A stretch of DNA of 64,000 nt, taken from assembly GCA_041397525.1 (NCBI GenBank), contig JAWKWL010000006.1, positions 191,064 through 255,063 of the forward strand, written 5' to 3'. Position 1 is the first letter of the stretch, and the number at the start of each line of letters is the position of its first letter. The notes under the pieces are model-generated. The model did not search any database. It saw only the letters and a program-made list of their open reading frames with translations, and was not told the origin of the DNA. Shown piece after piece: positions 17,681-28,611 of the stretch. Both the position numbers and the translations under genes were made by a program. This DNA comes from Nitratireductor sp. GTDB taxonomy: Bacteria > Pseudomonadota > Alphaproteobacteria > Rhizobiales > Rhizobiaceae.

Positions 17681-19309
17681 TCACTGCCTGACTTGTTGAC
17701 GAAGACGGAAACGCTGGATCTTGCCTGTCGCCGTCTTGGGAAGCTCGGTGATGAAGATGACCGAGCGCGGATATTTGAAGGGCGCGATCACCGACTTCAC
17801 GTGGTCCTGCAAAATCTTGACCATTGCGTCACCGGGTTCAAAGCCGCCTGCCAGCACGACATGCGCCTGAACAATTGCGCCGCGGTCTTCATCCGGCACC
17901 CCGATTACACCGCATTCAACTACCGCCTCATGCGAGAGAAGGGCGGCCTCCACTTCCGGGCCTGCAATGTTGTAGCCCGATGAAATGATCATGTCGTCAT
18001 TGCGTGCGGCGAAATGCAAATAGCCTTCTTCGTCCATCACGAATGTGTCGCCGGTGATATTCCAGCCGTTCTGGACATAGTTTTCCTGCCTGTCGCCCCG
18101 CAGGTACCGGCAACCGGTCGGGCCCCGCACGGCAAGGCGACCAGGCTCTCCCCTTGCGACCTCATTGCCTGCCTCGTCGATGACCCTGACTACATAGCCG
18201 GTCACAGGCTTTCCGGTGCAGGACGGTTTGTGATCGCCAAACCGGTTGGAGACGAAGATGTGCAACATCTCGGTCGCACCGATACCGTCGAGCATCGGCT
18301 TGCCGGTCTTCTTCATCCACTCCTCATAAACAGGTCCCGGCAAGGTCTCACCCGCCGATACCGCAGCACGCAGGCTCGACAAATCCGCACCTTCATCCAT
18401 CGCCCGCATCATCGCGCGATAGGCGGTAGGCGCGGTGAAACAGATGGTTGCCCGGTATTTCTCGATGATTTCGATCATGTTTGGCGGTGTCGCGGTTTCA
18501 AGCAGCGTCGCTGCTGCGCCGAAGCGCAACGGAAACACCGCCAGACCGCCCAGGCCAAAGGTAAAGGCCAGCGGCGGAGAGCCGACAAAAACATCATCAG
18601 GCGTAACTCCCAGCACTTCCCTTGCATAGCCATCCGCGATGATCAGCAAATCCCGGTGATAATGCATCGTCGCCTTGGGCGAGCCAGTGGTTCCCGACGT
18701 GAAGCCCAGCAATGCCACGTCGTCGCTCGCTGTTTCCACCGCCTTGAATTGTACGGGCCTTACCAGGGCAAGGCGGTCCAGTTCGGCGTCATGATTGGAC
18801 GTCCCGTCAAAGCCGACGACCGAATTGAGGAATTTCGAGGTCTTGGCGCATGTTACCAGTTCCTCCATCAGCCTCGTGTCGCAGAGCGCATGACTGATTT
18901 CAGCCTTGTCTACAATCTGTGTCAGTTCCCCGGCCCGCAGCATCGGCATGGTGTTCACAACGACTGCACCGGCCTTGGTCGCGGCAAGCCAGCAGGCAAC
19001 CATGGCCGGGTTGTTGGCCGAACGGATCAAGACCCGGTTTCCGGGCTTGATTCCAAGATCGTTGACCAGAACATTGGCCAGCCGGTTGGTCCAGTCGCTC
19101 AGTTCCTTGTAGGTGCGCTGGCGGCCATTTCCTATCAGCGCGGTGTGATCGCCAAACCCTTTTGCCACCATCGCATCGGTCAGTTCGACCGCTGCGTTGA
19201 GTCGTTCGGGATAATCGAAGCCATCCAGCAGAAAAACCGGCTGGATCGATGCATCGGGAAGATTGTCCCGCGAAAAGGTATCCACATGGGCAGTGTAATG
19301 TTCCATCAC
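17681..19309 (-). CDS. aryl-CoA ligase (AMP-forming), 2-aminobenzoate/benzoate-CoA ligase-like
   Basis: 542 aa with AMP-binding motifs [26 protein letters not shown] and [10 protein letters not shown]-terminus [12 protein letters not shown] resembles aryl-CoA ligases. ATGA overlap with the upstream ACAD gene. Confidence 0.75.
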   Translation of the reverse strand: MMEHYTAHVDTFSRDNLPDASIQPVFLLDGFDYPERLNAAVELTDAMVAKGFGDHTALIGNGRQRTYKELSDWTNRLANVLVNDLGIKPGNRVLIRSANNPAMVACWLAATKAGAVVVNTMPMLRAGELTQIVDKAEISHALCDTRLMEELVTCAKTSKFLNSVVGFDGTSNHDAELDRLALVRPVQFKAVETASDDVALLGFTSGTTGSPKATMHYHRDLLIIADGYAREVLGVTPDDVFVGSPPLAFTFGLGGLAVFPLRFGAAATLLETATPPNMIEIIEKYRATICFTAPTAYRAMMRAMDEGADLSSLRAAVSAGETLPGPVYEEWMKKTGKPMLDGIGATEMLHIFVSNRFGDHKPSCTGKPVTGYVVRVIDEAGNEVARGEPGRLAVRGPTGCRYLRGDRQENYVQNGWNITGDTFVMDEEGYLHFAARNDDMIISSGYNIAGPEVEAALLSHEAVVECGVIGVPDEDRGAIVQAHVVLAGGFEPGDAMVKILQDHVKSVIAPFKYPRSVIFITELPKTATGKIQRFRLRQQVRQ

Positions 19310-20466
19310 CGTTTCCCCTGAAAACCCGCAAGTTCCTGCCTTGCGATAACGACACGCTGCACGTCGGAGGCACCTTCGTAGATGCGCAACGCCCGAATGT
19401 CGCGATACAGTTCCTCGACTTTGCTACCGCTGCGCACACCATCGCCGCCATGCAATTGCACCGCACGATCAATGACCAGCTGCGCCTGATCGGTTGAAAA
19501 AAGCTTGGCCATTGCAGCTTCGCGGGTCACGCGCGGAGCGCCGCTGTCCTTGACCCAGGCAGCACGGTAGACCAGCAAGGCGCTGGCATCGACATCAAGC
19601 GCCATGTCAGCGATATGGCCCTGCACCATTTGCAGTTCCGCCAGCGGTGCATTCTGGATGTGCCTGCTCGTTACCCGCGCGAGTGCCTCATCAAGCGCAC
19701 TGCGTGCAAAGCCTAGTGCTGCCGCGGCAACGGTCGAGCGAAATACATCGAGAACGGCCATGGCAATCTTGAACCCCTGGCCGGGCTCCCCAATCATCGA
19801 GGCTGCCGGAACACGCATATCCGTAAAACGAAGCCGTGCCAGCGGATGAGGCGCGATGGTCTGCAAACGCTCAACGACCTCAAAGCCGGGCAGATCGGGC
19901 GTCACCACGAATGCCGAGAGTCCACGCGCGCCAGGTGCCTCGCCAGTGCGCGCAAATACCGTGTAGACATCGGCAATGCCGCCATTGGATATCCATGTCT
20001 TTTCACCGTTGAGGATATAGTCATTGCCATCCCGTACGGCGGTCATCGTGGAACTGGCGACGTCGGAACCTGATTGCGGTTCGGTCAGCGCGAATGCCGA
20101 TACAGCCTGGCCACTGCGCGTCTGCGGCAACCAGGCGTCGCGCTGGTCTCTCGTTCCGAACAATGACAGCGCCCCTGTTCCAAGGCCCTGCATCGCGAAG
20201 GCAAAATCCGCGAGCCCGTCATGACGGGCAAGTATCTCGCGGCTCAGGCAAAGCTTGCGGACATCAAGCCCTTCGTCCTCACCGGCCGCTGTCGGCTGTA
20301 GCCAGCCATCCTCACCCAATGCGCGAACCAGTGCGCGGCACGCTGCATCCGTGTCATCATGGTCGATCGTGGAAAGGTTCGTCACGGCCCAGTCCTCCAG
20401 GGCCCGGGCGTGAGCGCGGTGACGATCTTCGAAGAAGGGCCAGGTCAGGAAGGTTTCGTCGGCCAT
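19306..20466 (-). CDS. acyl-CoA dehydrogenase family protein
   Basis: [16 protein letters not shown]...TEPQSGSD...GEKTWISNG...[12 protein letters not shown] at 20466 forms a TGATG overlap with the hydratase stop. The longer track ORF (to 20829) lies inside the hydratase gene. Confidence 0.85.
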   Translation of the reverse strand: MADETFLTWPFFEDRHRAHARALEDWAVTNLSTIDHDDTDAACRALVRALGEDGWLQPTAAGEDEGLDVRKLCLSREILARHDGLADFAFAMQGLGTGALSLFGTRDQRDAWLPQTRSGQAVSAFALTEPQSGSDVASSTMTAVRDGNDYILNGEKTWISNGGIADVYTVFARTGEAPGARGLSAFVVTPDLPGFEVVERLQTIAPHPLARLRFTDMRVPAASMIGEPGQGFKIAMAVLDVFRSTVAAAALGFARSALDEALARVTSRHIQNAPLAELQMVQGHIADMALDVDASALLVYRAAWVKDSGAPRVTREAAMAKLFSTDQAQLVIDRAVQLHGGDGVRSGSKVEELYRDIRALRIYEGASDVQRVVIARQELAGFQGKR

Positions 20467-21266
20467 CAGTCGCCCCTGAATTCGGGTTTGCCCTTGGCAA
20501 CGAAAGCGTTGTAGGCGCGCTTGAAGTCTTCGGTCTGCATGCAGATCGCCTGTGCCTGGGCCTCCGCTTCGATGGCCTGTTCGATCGACATCGACCATTC
20601 CTGCGCGAGCATGGTCTTGGTCATCATGTGGGCAAAATTCGGCCCGACGACAATGCGCCCTGCCATTTCCATCGCGGCTTCTTCCAGTTCGCCCGCGGGC
20701 GTCACCTTGTTGTAAAATCCCCAGGCAGCACCTTCTTCGGCAGACATTGACCGCCCGGTATAAAGCAGTTCTGCCGCGCGGCCCTGTCCGATGATGCGGG
20801 GAAGGATGGCGCATGCCCCCATGTCGCATCCGGCAAGCCCTACACGGGTGAACAGGAAGGCGGTCATTGCCTCCGGTGTCGCAATGCGCAAGTCAGACGC
20901 CATGGCTATGATGGCGCCCGCACCGACGCAGACACCGTCAATGGCGGCGATCATCGGCTTGCCGCAATTGATGATTGCCTTGACGAGGTCACCTGTCATC
21001 CTGGTGAAAGCCAGCAGCTCTTTCATGCTCATGCGGGTGAGCGGACCGATGATGTCGTGCACATCGCCGCCTGAACTGAAATTGCCGCCATTGGACGCAA
21101 ACACCACAGCATCGATGTCATCGCGATAGGGCAGGGCGCGAAACCAGTCGCGCAGTTCGGCGTAACTATCAAATGTCAGGGGGTTCTTCCGCTCGGGCCG
21201 GTTCAGGAATATGCGAGCAACCCGTTTGTCGATGTTGAGCATGAAATGCTGCGGCATGTCACTCAT
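20466..21266 (-). CDS. enoyl-CoA hydratase/isomerase (crotonase) family protein
   Basis: 266 aa: [17 protein letters not shown]...[10 protein letters not shown]...[23 protein letters not shown]. Confidence 0.85.
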   Translation of the reverse strand: MSDMPQHFMLNIDKRVARIFLNRPERKNPLTFDSYAELRDWFRALPYRDDIDAVVFASNGGNFSSGGDVHDIIGPLTRMSMKELLAFTRMTGDLVKAIINCGKPMIAAIDGVCVGAGAIIAMASDLRIATPEAMTAFLFTRVGLAGCDMGACAILPRIIGQGRAAELLYTGRSMSAEEGAAWGFYNKVTPAGELEEAAMEMAGRIVVGPNFAHMMTKTMLAQEWSMSIEQAIEAEAQAQAICMQTEDFKRAYNAFVAKGKPEFRGD

Positions 21267-21744
21267 CGGTTATTTCTCCCTTGTGCCGGATCACCGCCTG
21301 GGACAACAGCGCCCCGACTTCGCGGCATGTTGGTGTATCGAGCCCTGAAAGGAGTTCGCCTACCCATTTTTCATGGGCTTCAGCCTGCCTCCGGAATTCC
21401 TCCACTCCGCGTGTAGTCAGGCGAACCCGCATCGCCCTGCGGTCGCCGCTGACAGCTTCGCGCAGCGTCAGGCCGTCATCGGACAATCGATCAACAATGC
21501 CGGTGACATTGCCGTTGGAGACCATCAGGAGCTTCGACAATTCGCTCATCTTCAAACCATCCCGGTTGCGATAGAGCGCGGACATGACGTCAAACCGCGG
21601 CAAGGTGGTGTTGAAATTCACCCGCAACCGCTCGCGCAGTTCCGCTTCGACGAGCCGTGTGGTTTTCAGGATTCTCAACCACAGCCGAAGGCTTTCCTTC
21701 GATTCCGGTTCCACCGCTGCTTCACGTTTAAGGCTTGCGCTCAT
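21259..21744 (-). CDS. MarR-family transcriptional regulator embedded in the operon
   Basis: [22 protein letters not shown]...[41 protein letters not shown] at 21744 overlaps the SDR stop (ATGA). Confidence 0.8.
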   Translation of the reverse strand: MSASLKREAAVEPESKESLRLWLRILKTTRLVEAELRERLRVNFNTTLPRFDVMSALYRNRDGLKMSELSKLLMVSNGNVTGIVDRLSDDGLTLREAVSGDRRAMRVRLTTRGVEEFRRQAEAHEKWVGELLSGLDTPTCREVGALLSQAVIRHKGEITDE

Positions 21745-22496
21745 GTTTCCCCTCCCGACAGTGCCAGCGCATGTCCGTTGATCGAACGGGCTGCGTCCGA
21801 ACACAGCCACACTGCCGTTTGCGCAACTTCCGCTGTTGTCACGAACCGCTTCTGCGGATTGCCTGCCATGAGCGATTCCGCTGCCTTTTGCGCGGTCATT
21901 CCGGTCTGCGCGACAATGGTTTCGATGGAGCGTTCAAGCAGCGGCGTCTCGATGAAGCCGGGGCAGATGGCGTTCACGGTAATACCGGTCCGGCCCAGCT
22001 CCTGTGCAAGGGCTCGGGTCAGCCCGACCACCCCGTGCTTGGCCGCACAATAGTGGCTGACATAGCCATAGCCTTTCAGCCCGGCAGTGGAGGCAATCGC
22101 GATCATCCTGCCCCAGCCGGCCTGTTTCATGTCGGCCAGGCAAGCTTGCCAAAGATGGAACACGCCGTTGAGGTTGACCGAAAGTGCCGACTGGAATTCG
22201 TCAGCGGTAATCTTGTGGAAGGGCGCGGAAGGAGCAGAACCCGCATTTGCAATCGCGACAGCGACGGGACCGAATTCGGCGCGGGTTGATGCCAATGCCA
22301 GCTCCAGTGCCTCTGCGTTGCCAACATCAGCGCAAACTGCAAATGCGCCGATGCGGGCTGAAACTTCCTGCAGAGGCTCCAACCGCCGCCCGATGATCGA
22401 AACCCTCGCGCCGAGTGCAGCAAAGGTTTCGGCAATTTCCGCGCCAACCCCGCTGCCGCCACCGGTCACAACGATATGACGATCCGCGAGGTTCAT
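21741..22496 (-). CDS. short-chain dehydrogenase/reductase (3-hydroxyacyl-CoA dehydrogenase-like)
   Basis: [14 protein letters not shown] (TGxxxGxG) and YCAAK (YxxxK), 251 aa. ATGA overlap with the upstream gene. Confidence 0.85.
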   Translation of the reverse strand: MNLADRHIVVTGGGSGVGAEIAETFAALGARVSIIGRRLEPLQEVSARIGAFAVCADVGNAEALELALASTRAEFGPVAVAIANAGSAPSAPFHKITADEFQSALSVNLNGVFHLWQACLADMKQAGWGRMIAIASTAGLKGYGYVSHYCAAKHGVVGLTRALAQELGRTGITVNAICPGFIETPLLERSIETIVAQTGMTAQKAAESLMAGNPQKRFVTTAEVAQTAVWLCSDAARSINGHALALSGGET

Positions 22497-24778
22497 GCGC
22501 GCATGATCTCCGCTTCGCGATCAGCATTGCGCCAGCTCTGGTCGCGTCCCGCAAGATAAGGCAAGGGCCATGATGCGTGGCGATCTCCCAGCCCGGTTGC
22601 CGCATGCAGCGTCCAGTATGGATCGGCAAGATGAGCACGTGCGATGCAAACGAGATCAGCCCGGCCCGCCATCAGGATCGAATTGACGTGATCGGCTTCG
22701 TAGATATTTCCCACAGCCATCGTTGCAATTCCGGTTTCATTACGGATGCGGTCCGAAAACGGGGTCTGGAACATTCGCCCGTAGACAGGCTTTGCTCGGG
22801 TCGAGGTCTGGCCGGCGGAAACGTCGATGATATCGGCACCTGCCTGAGAAAATGCCCTGGCAATCTCAACCGCTTCTTCGGGGGTAACACCATCCTCCCC
22901 GACCCAGTCATTTGCGGATATCCTGACCGAAACCGGCTTGTCCTGCGGCCATGCGGCTCGCATTGCGGCCAGGATTTCCAGCGGGTAGCGCATGCGGTTT
23001 TCCAGGCTTCCGCCATATTCGTCGGTGCGGATATTCGACAATGGGGATATGAAGGAGGATAGCAGGTAGCCATGTGCGGCATGCAGTTCGATCATGTCGA
23101 AGCCTGCGCGCTCAGCCATGCTTGTGGCTTTGACAAACTGGTCACGGATCACGTCCATGTCGTGACGATTCATCGCGCGCGGAGTGGCATTGGCATCCGA
23201 CCACGGAATGGCCGAGGCGGAGAGAAGCTCCCAGTTCCCCGTTTTCAGCGGTGCATCGGCTTTCTCCCATCCCAGCTGCGTCGATCCCTTGCGGCCGGAA
23301 TGACCGATCTGGCAGCAGATCTTCGCACCTGTCTCACCATGCACGAAATCGGTCAGGCGCTTCCAGGCCTGTTCATGCTCCGGCGAATAGAGCCCAGGAC
23401 AGCCGGGCGTGATGCGACCTTGTGGCGACACGCAGGTCATCTCGGTGAAGACCAGGCCTGCACCGCCCTTTGCACGTTCGCCGTAATGGACGAGGTGCCA
23501 GTCGGTCGGGCAGCCATCAACGGCCTTGTATTGCGCCATCGGTGACACCACAACCCGATTTGCCAGTTCCATCTTGCGCAGCTTGAAGGGGGCAAACATC
23601 GGAGGCCGAACGGGATCAGCCGGACCGCCTGCCCTGGTCTGGAACCAGCGTTCGGCTCCCTTGAGCCATTGCGGATCGCGGAGGCGCAGGTTTTCATGGC
23701 TGATGCGTTGCGAGCGCGTCAGCAGCGAATAATTGAACTGCACCGGATCAAGGTGAAGATAACGCCCGACCTCCTCGAACCATTCGAGCGAATTGCGCGC
23801 CGCAGACTGGAGCCGCAGAACCTCGAGCCGTCTTTCGTCCTGGTAAAGCCGGAACGCCTCTTCCAGCGGTTTGGTGTCGATGTATTCGGCAAGCGCTATT
23901 GCGCTTTCCATGGCCAGTTTGCTGCCGGAGCCGATGGAGAAATGCGCCGACGCCGATGCATCACCCATCAGGACAATGTTCTTGTAACTCCAGTTTTCAC
24001 AAAGGACGCGGGGGAAATTGATCCATGCCGATCCGCGGATATGGTTGGCATTGGTCATCAGGCCATGGCCGCCCAGATATTCCCTGAATATGCCTTCGCA
24101 CACCGCAATGCTTTCCTGCTGGCTCATTGAGCCGAAGCCATAGGCATTCCAGGTGGCCTCGTCGGTTTCAACAATGAAGGTCGCGGTTTCATCGTCGAAC
24201 TGATAGGCGTGTACCCAGAGCCAACCCTTGTCGGTTTCCTTGAAAATGAAGGTGAACGCGTCATCGAATTTCTGATGCGTTCCCAACCAGACAAACTTGC
24301 AAGCGCGCATTTCCACGTCAGGCTTGAAATGCTCGGCGAGATCATTGCGGGTCCGGGAATTCAGCCCGTCCGAGGCAACGACAATGTCGAATTCCCTGCT
24401 GAGTTCCAGCGCGGTCGCTGCCTCCGCCCCGAAGCGCAGTTCAACCCCCAGCCCGCGGGCACGGGCCTGAAGATCAAGCAGCAACTGCTTTCGCCCGATA
24501 CCGCAAAAACCGTGCCCGGTCGAAACGATCTTCTCGCCCCGGTAATGGACTGCAATGTCATCCCAGTAGGCAAAATGGCTTTTGATGGTGCGCGCGCTTT
24601 CAGGGTCGTTGCGAGCCAGGTTGTCCAGTGTCTCATCGGAAAGGACCACGCCCCAGCCAAAAGTGTCGTCAGCCTGGTTGCGTTCAAAGACTACTATCTC
24701 GGCGTCAGGGCGGCGCAGCTTGAGGGAAATCGCGAAATAAAGACCTGCAGGCCCACCGCCGATGCATGCTACGCGCAT
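22493..24778 (-). CDS. bifunctional FAD aromatic-ring monooxygenase + Old-Yellow-Enzyme-type NADH:flavin oxidoreductase (2-aminobenzoyl-CoA monooxygenase/reductase or salicylyl-CoA 5-hydroxylase type)
   Basis: N-terminal [16 protein letters not shown], ...[22 protein letters not shown] (flavin monooxygenase). The C-terminal half has an OYE TIM barrel ([28 protein letters not shown]). ATG at 24778. Confidence 0.8.
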   Translation of the reverse strand: MRVACIGGGPAGLYFAISLKLRRPDAEIVVFERNQADDTFGWGVVLSDETLDNLARNDPESARTIKSHFAYWDDIAVHYRGEKIVSTGHGFCGIGRKQLLLDLQARARGLGVELRFGAEAATALELSREFDIVVASDGLNSRTRNDLAEHFKPDVEMRACKFVWLGTHQKFDDAFTFIFKETDKGWLWVHAYQFDDETATFIVETDEATWNAYGFGSMSQQESIAVCEGIFREYLGGHGLMTNANHIRGSAWINFPRVLCENWSYKNIVLMGDASASAHFSIGSGSKLAMESAIALAEYIDTKPLEEAFRLYQDERRLEVLRLQSAARNSLEWFEEVGRYLHLDPVQFNYSLLTRSQRISHENLRLRDPQWLKGAERWFQTRAGGPADPVRPPMFAPFKLRKMELANRVVVSPMAQYKAVDGCPTDWHLVHYGERAKGGAGLVFTEMTCVSPQGRITPGCPGLYSPEHEQAWKRLTDFVHGETGAKICCQIGHSGRKGSTQLGWEKADAPLKTGNWELLSASAIPWSDANATPRAMNRHDMDVIRDQFVKATSMAERAGFDMIELHAAHGYLLSSFISPLSNIRTDEYGGSLENRMRYPLEILAAMRAAWPQDKPVSVRISANDWVGEDGVTPEEAVEIARAFSQAGADIIDVSAGQTSTRAKPVYGRMFQTPFSDRIRNETGIATMAVGNIYEADHVNSILMAGRADLVCIARAHLADPYWTLHAATGLGDRHASWPLPYLAGRDQSWRNADREAEIMRA

Positions 24779-24843
24779 TGTGACCTCCCTATTCCCGTTC
24801 AGCCGGACCTTCAACCGCAAGCCTAGTGTGACCTGAATTTTGT

Positions 24844-24869
24844 TTCAAGCATAAAATTTTAGGCTTGAA
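24844..24869. promoter_or_regulatory. 26-bp near-perfect palindrome in the divergent promoter region (candidate MarR operator)
   Basis: TTCAAGCATAAAA|TTTTAGGCTTGAA. The outer 7-bp arms TTCAAGC/GCTTGAA are perfect and the inner arms match 5/6. Located between the monooxygenase operon start (24778) and kynA (24935). Confidence 0.45.
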
Positions 24870-24934
24870 GAAACATTGGAGGAAATTTATCGTTGTCGCC
24901 GGTCGGGGAATGCGAGCAGCGATGAGGCCCATCA

Positions 24935-25768
24935 ATGGCAGATGCCTATGATCCTGAAAAAGACGGTGCCAGAATGTCCTTCGCCAGGGACATGAGTTAC
25001 GGCGACTATCTGAACATGGATGTGATCCTGGCTGCCCAGAAGCCGCTGTCGGATGCGCATGACGAAATGCTTTTCATCGTCCAGCACCAGACTTCCGAAT
25101 TGTGGATGCGGCTGATCCTGCACGAACTGGGTGCAGCCCGGGAACTGATCGTCGAGGGCAAGGTCGATGAGGCGTTCAAGATGTTGTCGCGGGTGTCGCG
25201 AATCTTCGAACAGCTCAACAATGCCTGGGATGTGCTGCGCACCATGACGCCGAGTGACTATACGACGTTCCGGGAGCAACTTGGCGCGTCTTCCGGCTTC
25301 CAGTCGCACCAGTACCGCGTGATCGAGTTCATGCTTGGCAACCGCAACACGGCCATGATGAAGGTGCACGAACACCGGCCGGAACTGCATGCAATGCTGG
25401 CTCATGAACTTTCCCGTCCCTCGCTCTATCACGTGGCGCTCAACGCACTTGAAAGGGAACTCGGGCTGCGGTTTGATCCGGGCGTTTACCGGATGGACAA
25501 CCCGCATCAGTCCAGCGAGGAGATAGTCAAGGCGTGGACGGTGATCTATCGTGATCCCGGCGCGCACTGGATGTTGTATGAGATGGCGGAGAAGCTTGTT
25601 GACCTCGAAGATTATTTCCGGCGATGGCGCTTCAACCATGTTACCACGGTCGAACGCGTGATCGGCTTCAAGCGCGGCACCGGTGGAACGAGCGGTGTCA
25701 AATATCTTCGGCGGATGCTGGAGGTCGAACTGTTTCCGGAGCTATGGCAAATGAGGGGTGGATTGTAG
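24935..25768 (+). CDS. kynA: tryptophan 2,3-dioxygenase
   Basis: 277 aa: [46 protein letters not shown]...FRW.H...V.R.IG.K.GTGG.SGV.YL. Confidence 0.9.
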   Translation: MADAYDPEKDGARMSFARDMSYGDYLNMDVILAAQKPLSDAHDEMLFIVQHQTSELWMRLILHELGAARELIVEGKVDEAFKMLSRVSRIFEQLNNAWDVLRTMTPSDYTTFREQLGASSGFQSHQYRVIEFMLGNRNTAMMKVHEHRPELHAMLAHELSRPSLYHVALNALERELGLRFDPGVYRMDNPHQSSEEIVKAWTVIYRDPGAHWMLYEMAEKLVDLEDYFRRWRFNHVTTVERVIGFKRGTGGTSGVKYLRRMLEVELFPELWQMRGGL

Positions 25769-26958
25769 TGGTCGGACTGCCGAGAAAAGAGGCTTTCGAA
25801 ATTCCCGACGGGATCATCTATCTCGACGGAAATTCGCTGGGCCCGTTGCCAAAAGCAGTTGCAAAAACTGTCGCTGACACGGTCTCAATGCAATGGGGCG
25901 GCGAACTGATCCGCGGCTGGAACAATTGCGGCTGGATGGACCAGCCCGTTCGGGTGGGAGACATGATTGCCCGCCTGATCGGGGCGGCGCAGGGCAGTGT
26001 CGTGATGGGTGACACCTTGTCGATCAAGGTGTTTCAGGCATTGGCGGCCGCGCTTGCCATGCGGCCGGAGCGCAAGGTTATCCTTTCAGACAACGGAAAT
26101 TTCCCGACAGATCTCTACATGGCGCAAGGGCTGATCGCGCTGAAGCAGGCGGGGTACAAATTGAAGACGCCCGAGCCCGATGATGTTGCCGGCAAGATCG
26201 ACGACAGCGTAGCAGCAGTGTTGCTGACGGAGGTCGATTACCGAACCGGGCGCAAGCATGACATGAAGGCAATCACGAAGCAGGCGCATGCGGCCGGTGT
26301 GGTAGCGATCTGGGATCTGGCGCATAGTGCCGGGGCATTGGAGGTGGACTTGCAAGGTGCCCATTGCGAGTTCGCGGTCGGGTGCACTTACAAATATCTC
26401 AATGGCGGGCCGGGCGCGCCGGCGTTCATCTATGTGCGTCCTGACATCACCACGACAATCGAGCCAGCGCTCGCCGGCTGGCTGGGACATGACGCTCCAT
26501 TTGCCTTTGATCCCGACTACCGCCCGGCTGCCAGCATAGAGCGCATGCGGGTGGGAACCCCGCCGGTATTGCAACTGAGCGCGCTTGAAGCAGCACTCAC
26601 AGTCTGGGAGGGGGTGGCGATGGCTGACATTCGGGCGGCATCGTTACGGCTGGGCGAATTGTTCATCCGCGAGGTCGAGGCCCGCTGCCCGCAATTGCGC
26701 CTTGTCAGCCCGCGCGACGGATCGCAGCGAGGCAGCCAGGTTTCCTTTGCCTTCGAGGATGGATATGCCGCAATGCAGGCGCTTGTCGAACGTGGCGTGA
26801 TCGGCGATTTCCGCGCTCCCGATGTCATGCGTTTCGGTTTCACTCCGCTCTATATCGACGAAGGTGACGTGCTGGCCGCCGTCGCCATCATGGAAGAGGT
26901 GATGGCAAACCGGACATGGGACAATCCGAAATACCGCAGGGCAGGAAAGGTTACCTGA
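25744..26958 (+). CDS. kynU: kynureninase (PLP-dependent)
   Basis: [13 protein letters not shown]...FPTDLY...WDLAHSAG...[16 protein letters not shown]...FRAPD.MRFGF.PLY. ATG at 25744 overlaps the kynA 3' end by 25 nt. An alternative GTG lies at 25768. Confidence 0.85.
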   Translation: MANEGWIVVVGLPRKEAFEIPDGIIYLDGNSLGPLPKAVAKTVADTVSMQWGGELIRGWNNCGWMDQPVRVGDMIARLIGAAQGSVVMGDTLSIKVFQALAAALAMRPERKVILSDNGNFPTDLYMAQGLIALKQAGYKLKTPEPDDVAGKIDDSVAAVLLTEVDYRTGRKHDMKAITKQAHAAGVVAIWDLAHSAGALEVDLQGAHCEFAVGCTYKYLNGGPGAPAFIYVRPDITTTIEPALAGWLGHDAPFAFDPDYRPAASIERMRVGTPPVLQLSALEAALTVWEGVAMADIRAASLRLGELFIREVEARCPQLRLVSPRDGSQRGSQVSFAFEDGYAAMQALVERGVIGDFRAPDVMRFGFTPLYIDEGDVLAAVAIMEEVMANRTWDNPKYRRAGKVT

Positions 26959-26988
26959 GCGAAGCGGGCAGAGAGCGCCGCCATCAAC

Positions 26989-27684
26989 TCAAGACCTGGT
27001 CTGCAGCCACTTGGGGTAATCGCTCACCAACAGATGTGTGGGGGCAACGTCCTCGTCAATATTGGCAAATCGGCCGATCGGATCACGGAAGATATTGTCG
27101 GTTTCATCGTCATTGACTGTCGAGACCTCGCCGATCAGAACATCTCCACCTTCACCCCAGAAGGCATGCCAGTCGCCAGGGCGCAGGGTGACGCTTTCGC
27201 CTGGCAGCAACTGCAGTTTTTCGCCGGCGCGATAGTCCCGCCGGATGCCGTCACACCATACCGTGCCACCGCGATCCTCCGCGAAATTTCCGTGGTCATC
27301 CGAGCCGAAAAGTTCCACCACCAGCGTCGCTCCGCCGCGATTGATGATGTCCTCGGCCTTGATGAAATGGGTATGCATCGGCGAGAGCTGGTCGCGGCGG
27401 GAGATCAACAGCTTTTCCGCGTAGCACATGCCGCGGCCGGAATTGAGATCGGACAAGAGACCGTTGCGAAGGGTGAACAGAAACAAGCCCATCTCGTCGA
27501 AGCGCCCCGCACCATAGTCTGTAATGTCCCAGCCACACCTGGACTCGATGATGTGGCGCGCCTTTTCCCGCCGCTGCACAAACGCTTCAGGAGACCAGTT
27601 GGCAAAGGGTGGCAGAACAAACCCGTTGCGCCTGATCAGGTCATCCGCTTCAGCCATGATGGTGTTGATGTGGGAGCGTTTCAT
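26989..27684 (-). CDS. D-lyxose/D-mannose ketol-isomerase-family cupin
   Basis: 231 aa: GWDITDYGAGRFDEMGLFLFTLRNG......YAEKLLISRRDQLSPMHTHF.K.EDIINRGG...GDWHAFWGEGG.VLIGEVSTVNDD. Confidence 0.7.
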   Translation of the reverse strand: MKRSHINTIMAEADDLIRRNGFVLPPFANWSPEAFVQRREKARHIIESRCGWDITDYGAGRFDEMGLFLFTLRNGLLSDLNSGRGMCYAEKLLISRRDQLSPMHTHFIKAEDIINRGGATLVVELFGSDDHGNFAEDRGGTVWCDGIRRDYRAGEKLQLLPGESVTLRPGDWHAFWGEGGDVLIGEVSTVNDDETDNIFRDPIGRFANIDEDVAPTHLLVSDYPKWLQTRS

Positions 27685-28028
27685 TTCAAGGGCTCGTTGG
27701 AAGAGTTTCAGGTTTCGAAGTGGCTATACCGGTTATCGCGCGCCGGTGAAAACCGTTTCAACAAGAGTGGCATCATCAGCATGACTGAACCGGCGCCCGG
27801 CGATCTACCGGAACGCGATGCAACCGGGTTCCAGCGTCAGGCCACGAATTTGGGGCTGACATGGATAGCTCAGAAAGGTTGTTCTTGTCAGATGGTTAGA
27901 ACATGGCACCGGAACAGGCTCCTGAAAAGTAATCAAACATAACTCTTGAAGTTTTTCTGCACAGGCAAAACCGCACGTTCAAACGCCGGATTGTCCGGGG
28001 TAAACCGCAACACTGCGATCCTGTTCTT

Positions 28029-28601
28029 CTATATTTCCAGAAAGTCTGATACCTCGAATTTGCTGAATTCCGGAGCCAGTCGATCTCTTTCGGAAAGCTG
28101 ATACTCGTCGAACCTGGTCCATGGGAGGTTCAAGTCCGGGTCGTTCCAGGCAAGTGCGCGATCAAACTCTTTTTCGTAATGCTCCTGCACAAGATAAAAG
28201 ACATCAGCCTCCTGCGACAAGGTGAGGTAACCATGGGCACAGCCGGGGGGAACATAGATCATCTTCCCGTTTTGTGCAGACAGCGTAATGTTGACATATT
28301 GCAATCTCGTCGGCGAATTGAGCCTAAGGTCAACGAATATGTCCTGGACTTCACCGCGAAGGCAGCGGACCAGCTTGCCTTCCAGTTTTGGGGCGGCCAG
28401 AAAATGCAATCCACGAAGGGTTCCCCGCATGGTATTCGTGGAGTAGTTGCCTTGTACAAAGGGCCGTACAATACCGCATTGATCACGCAGTTCCCTTTCG
28501 CAAAACAAGCGGGAAAACAGGCCACGCTCGTCCACTACAGGCGACCAGTCAAAAACAAACGAGCCATCAATATCCAACGGCGTTGCCTTGAGCTTGTACA
28601 T
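28029..28601 (-). CDS. RmlC-like sugar-nucleotide 3,5-epimerase (cupin)
   Basis: MYKLKATPLDIDGSFVFDWSPVVDERGLFSRLF...RGLHF......KLVRC..GEV.D..VDLR..SPT...GCAHGY..L. ATG at 28601 (alternative 28610) inside ORF ..28787. Confidence 0.75.
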   Translation of the reverse strand: MYKLKATPLDIDGSFVFDWSPVVDERGLFSRLFCERELRDQCGIVRPFVQGNYSTNTMRGTLRGLHFLAAPKLEGKLVRCLRGEVQDIFVDLRLNSPTRLQYVNITLSAQNGKMIYVPPGCAHGYLTLSQEADVFYLVQEHYEKEFDRALAWNDPDLNLPWTRFDEYQLSERDRLAPEFSKFEVSDFLEI

Positions 28602-28611
28602 GGTGCCCATC

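Noticed and set aside
18014-19321. 435-aa plus-strand ORF
   Set aside because: It is fully antisense to the aryl-CoA ligase gene, which has unmistakable AMP-binding motifs. The product is Arg/His/Gly-rich with no domain features.
19306-20829. Long (507-aa) version of the acyl-CoA dehydrogenase ORF
   Set aside because: The first 121 codons are Arg/Gly/His-rich nonsense lying inside the enoyl-CoA hydratase gene. The ATG at 20466 gives a canonical ACAD N-terminus and a TGATG coupling overlap.
27865-27903. Possible tRNA or pseudo-tRNA (ATAGCTCAG...TGGTTAGAACA)
   Set aside because: No acceptor stem, anticodon arm or T arm can be drawn. An 18-nt insertion would sit inside the D loop. It is treated only as a possible eroded fragment in the island-border finding.
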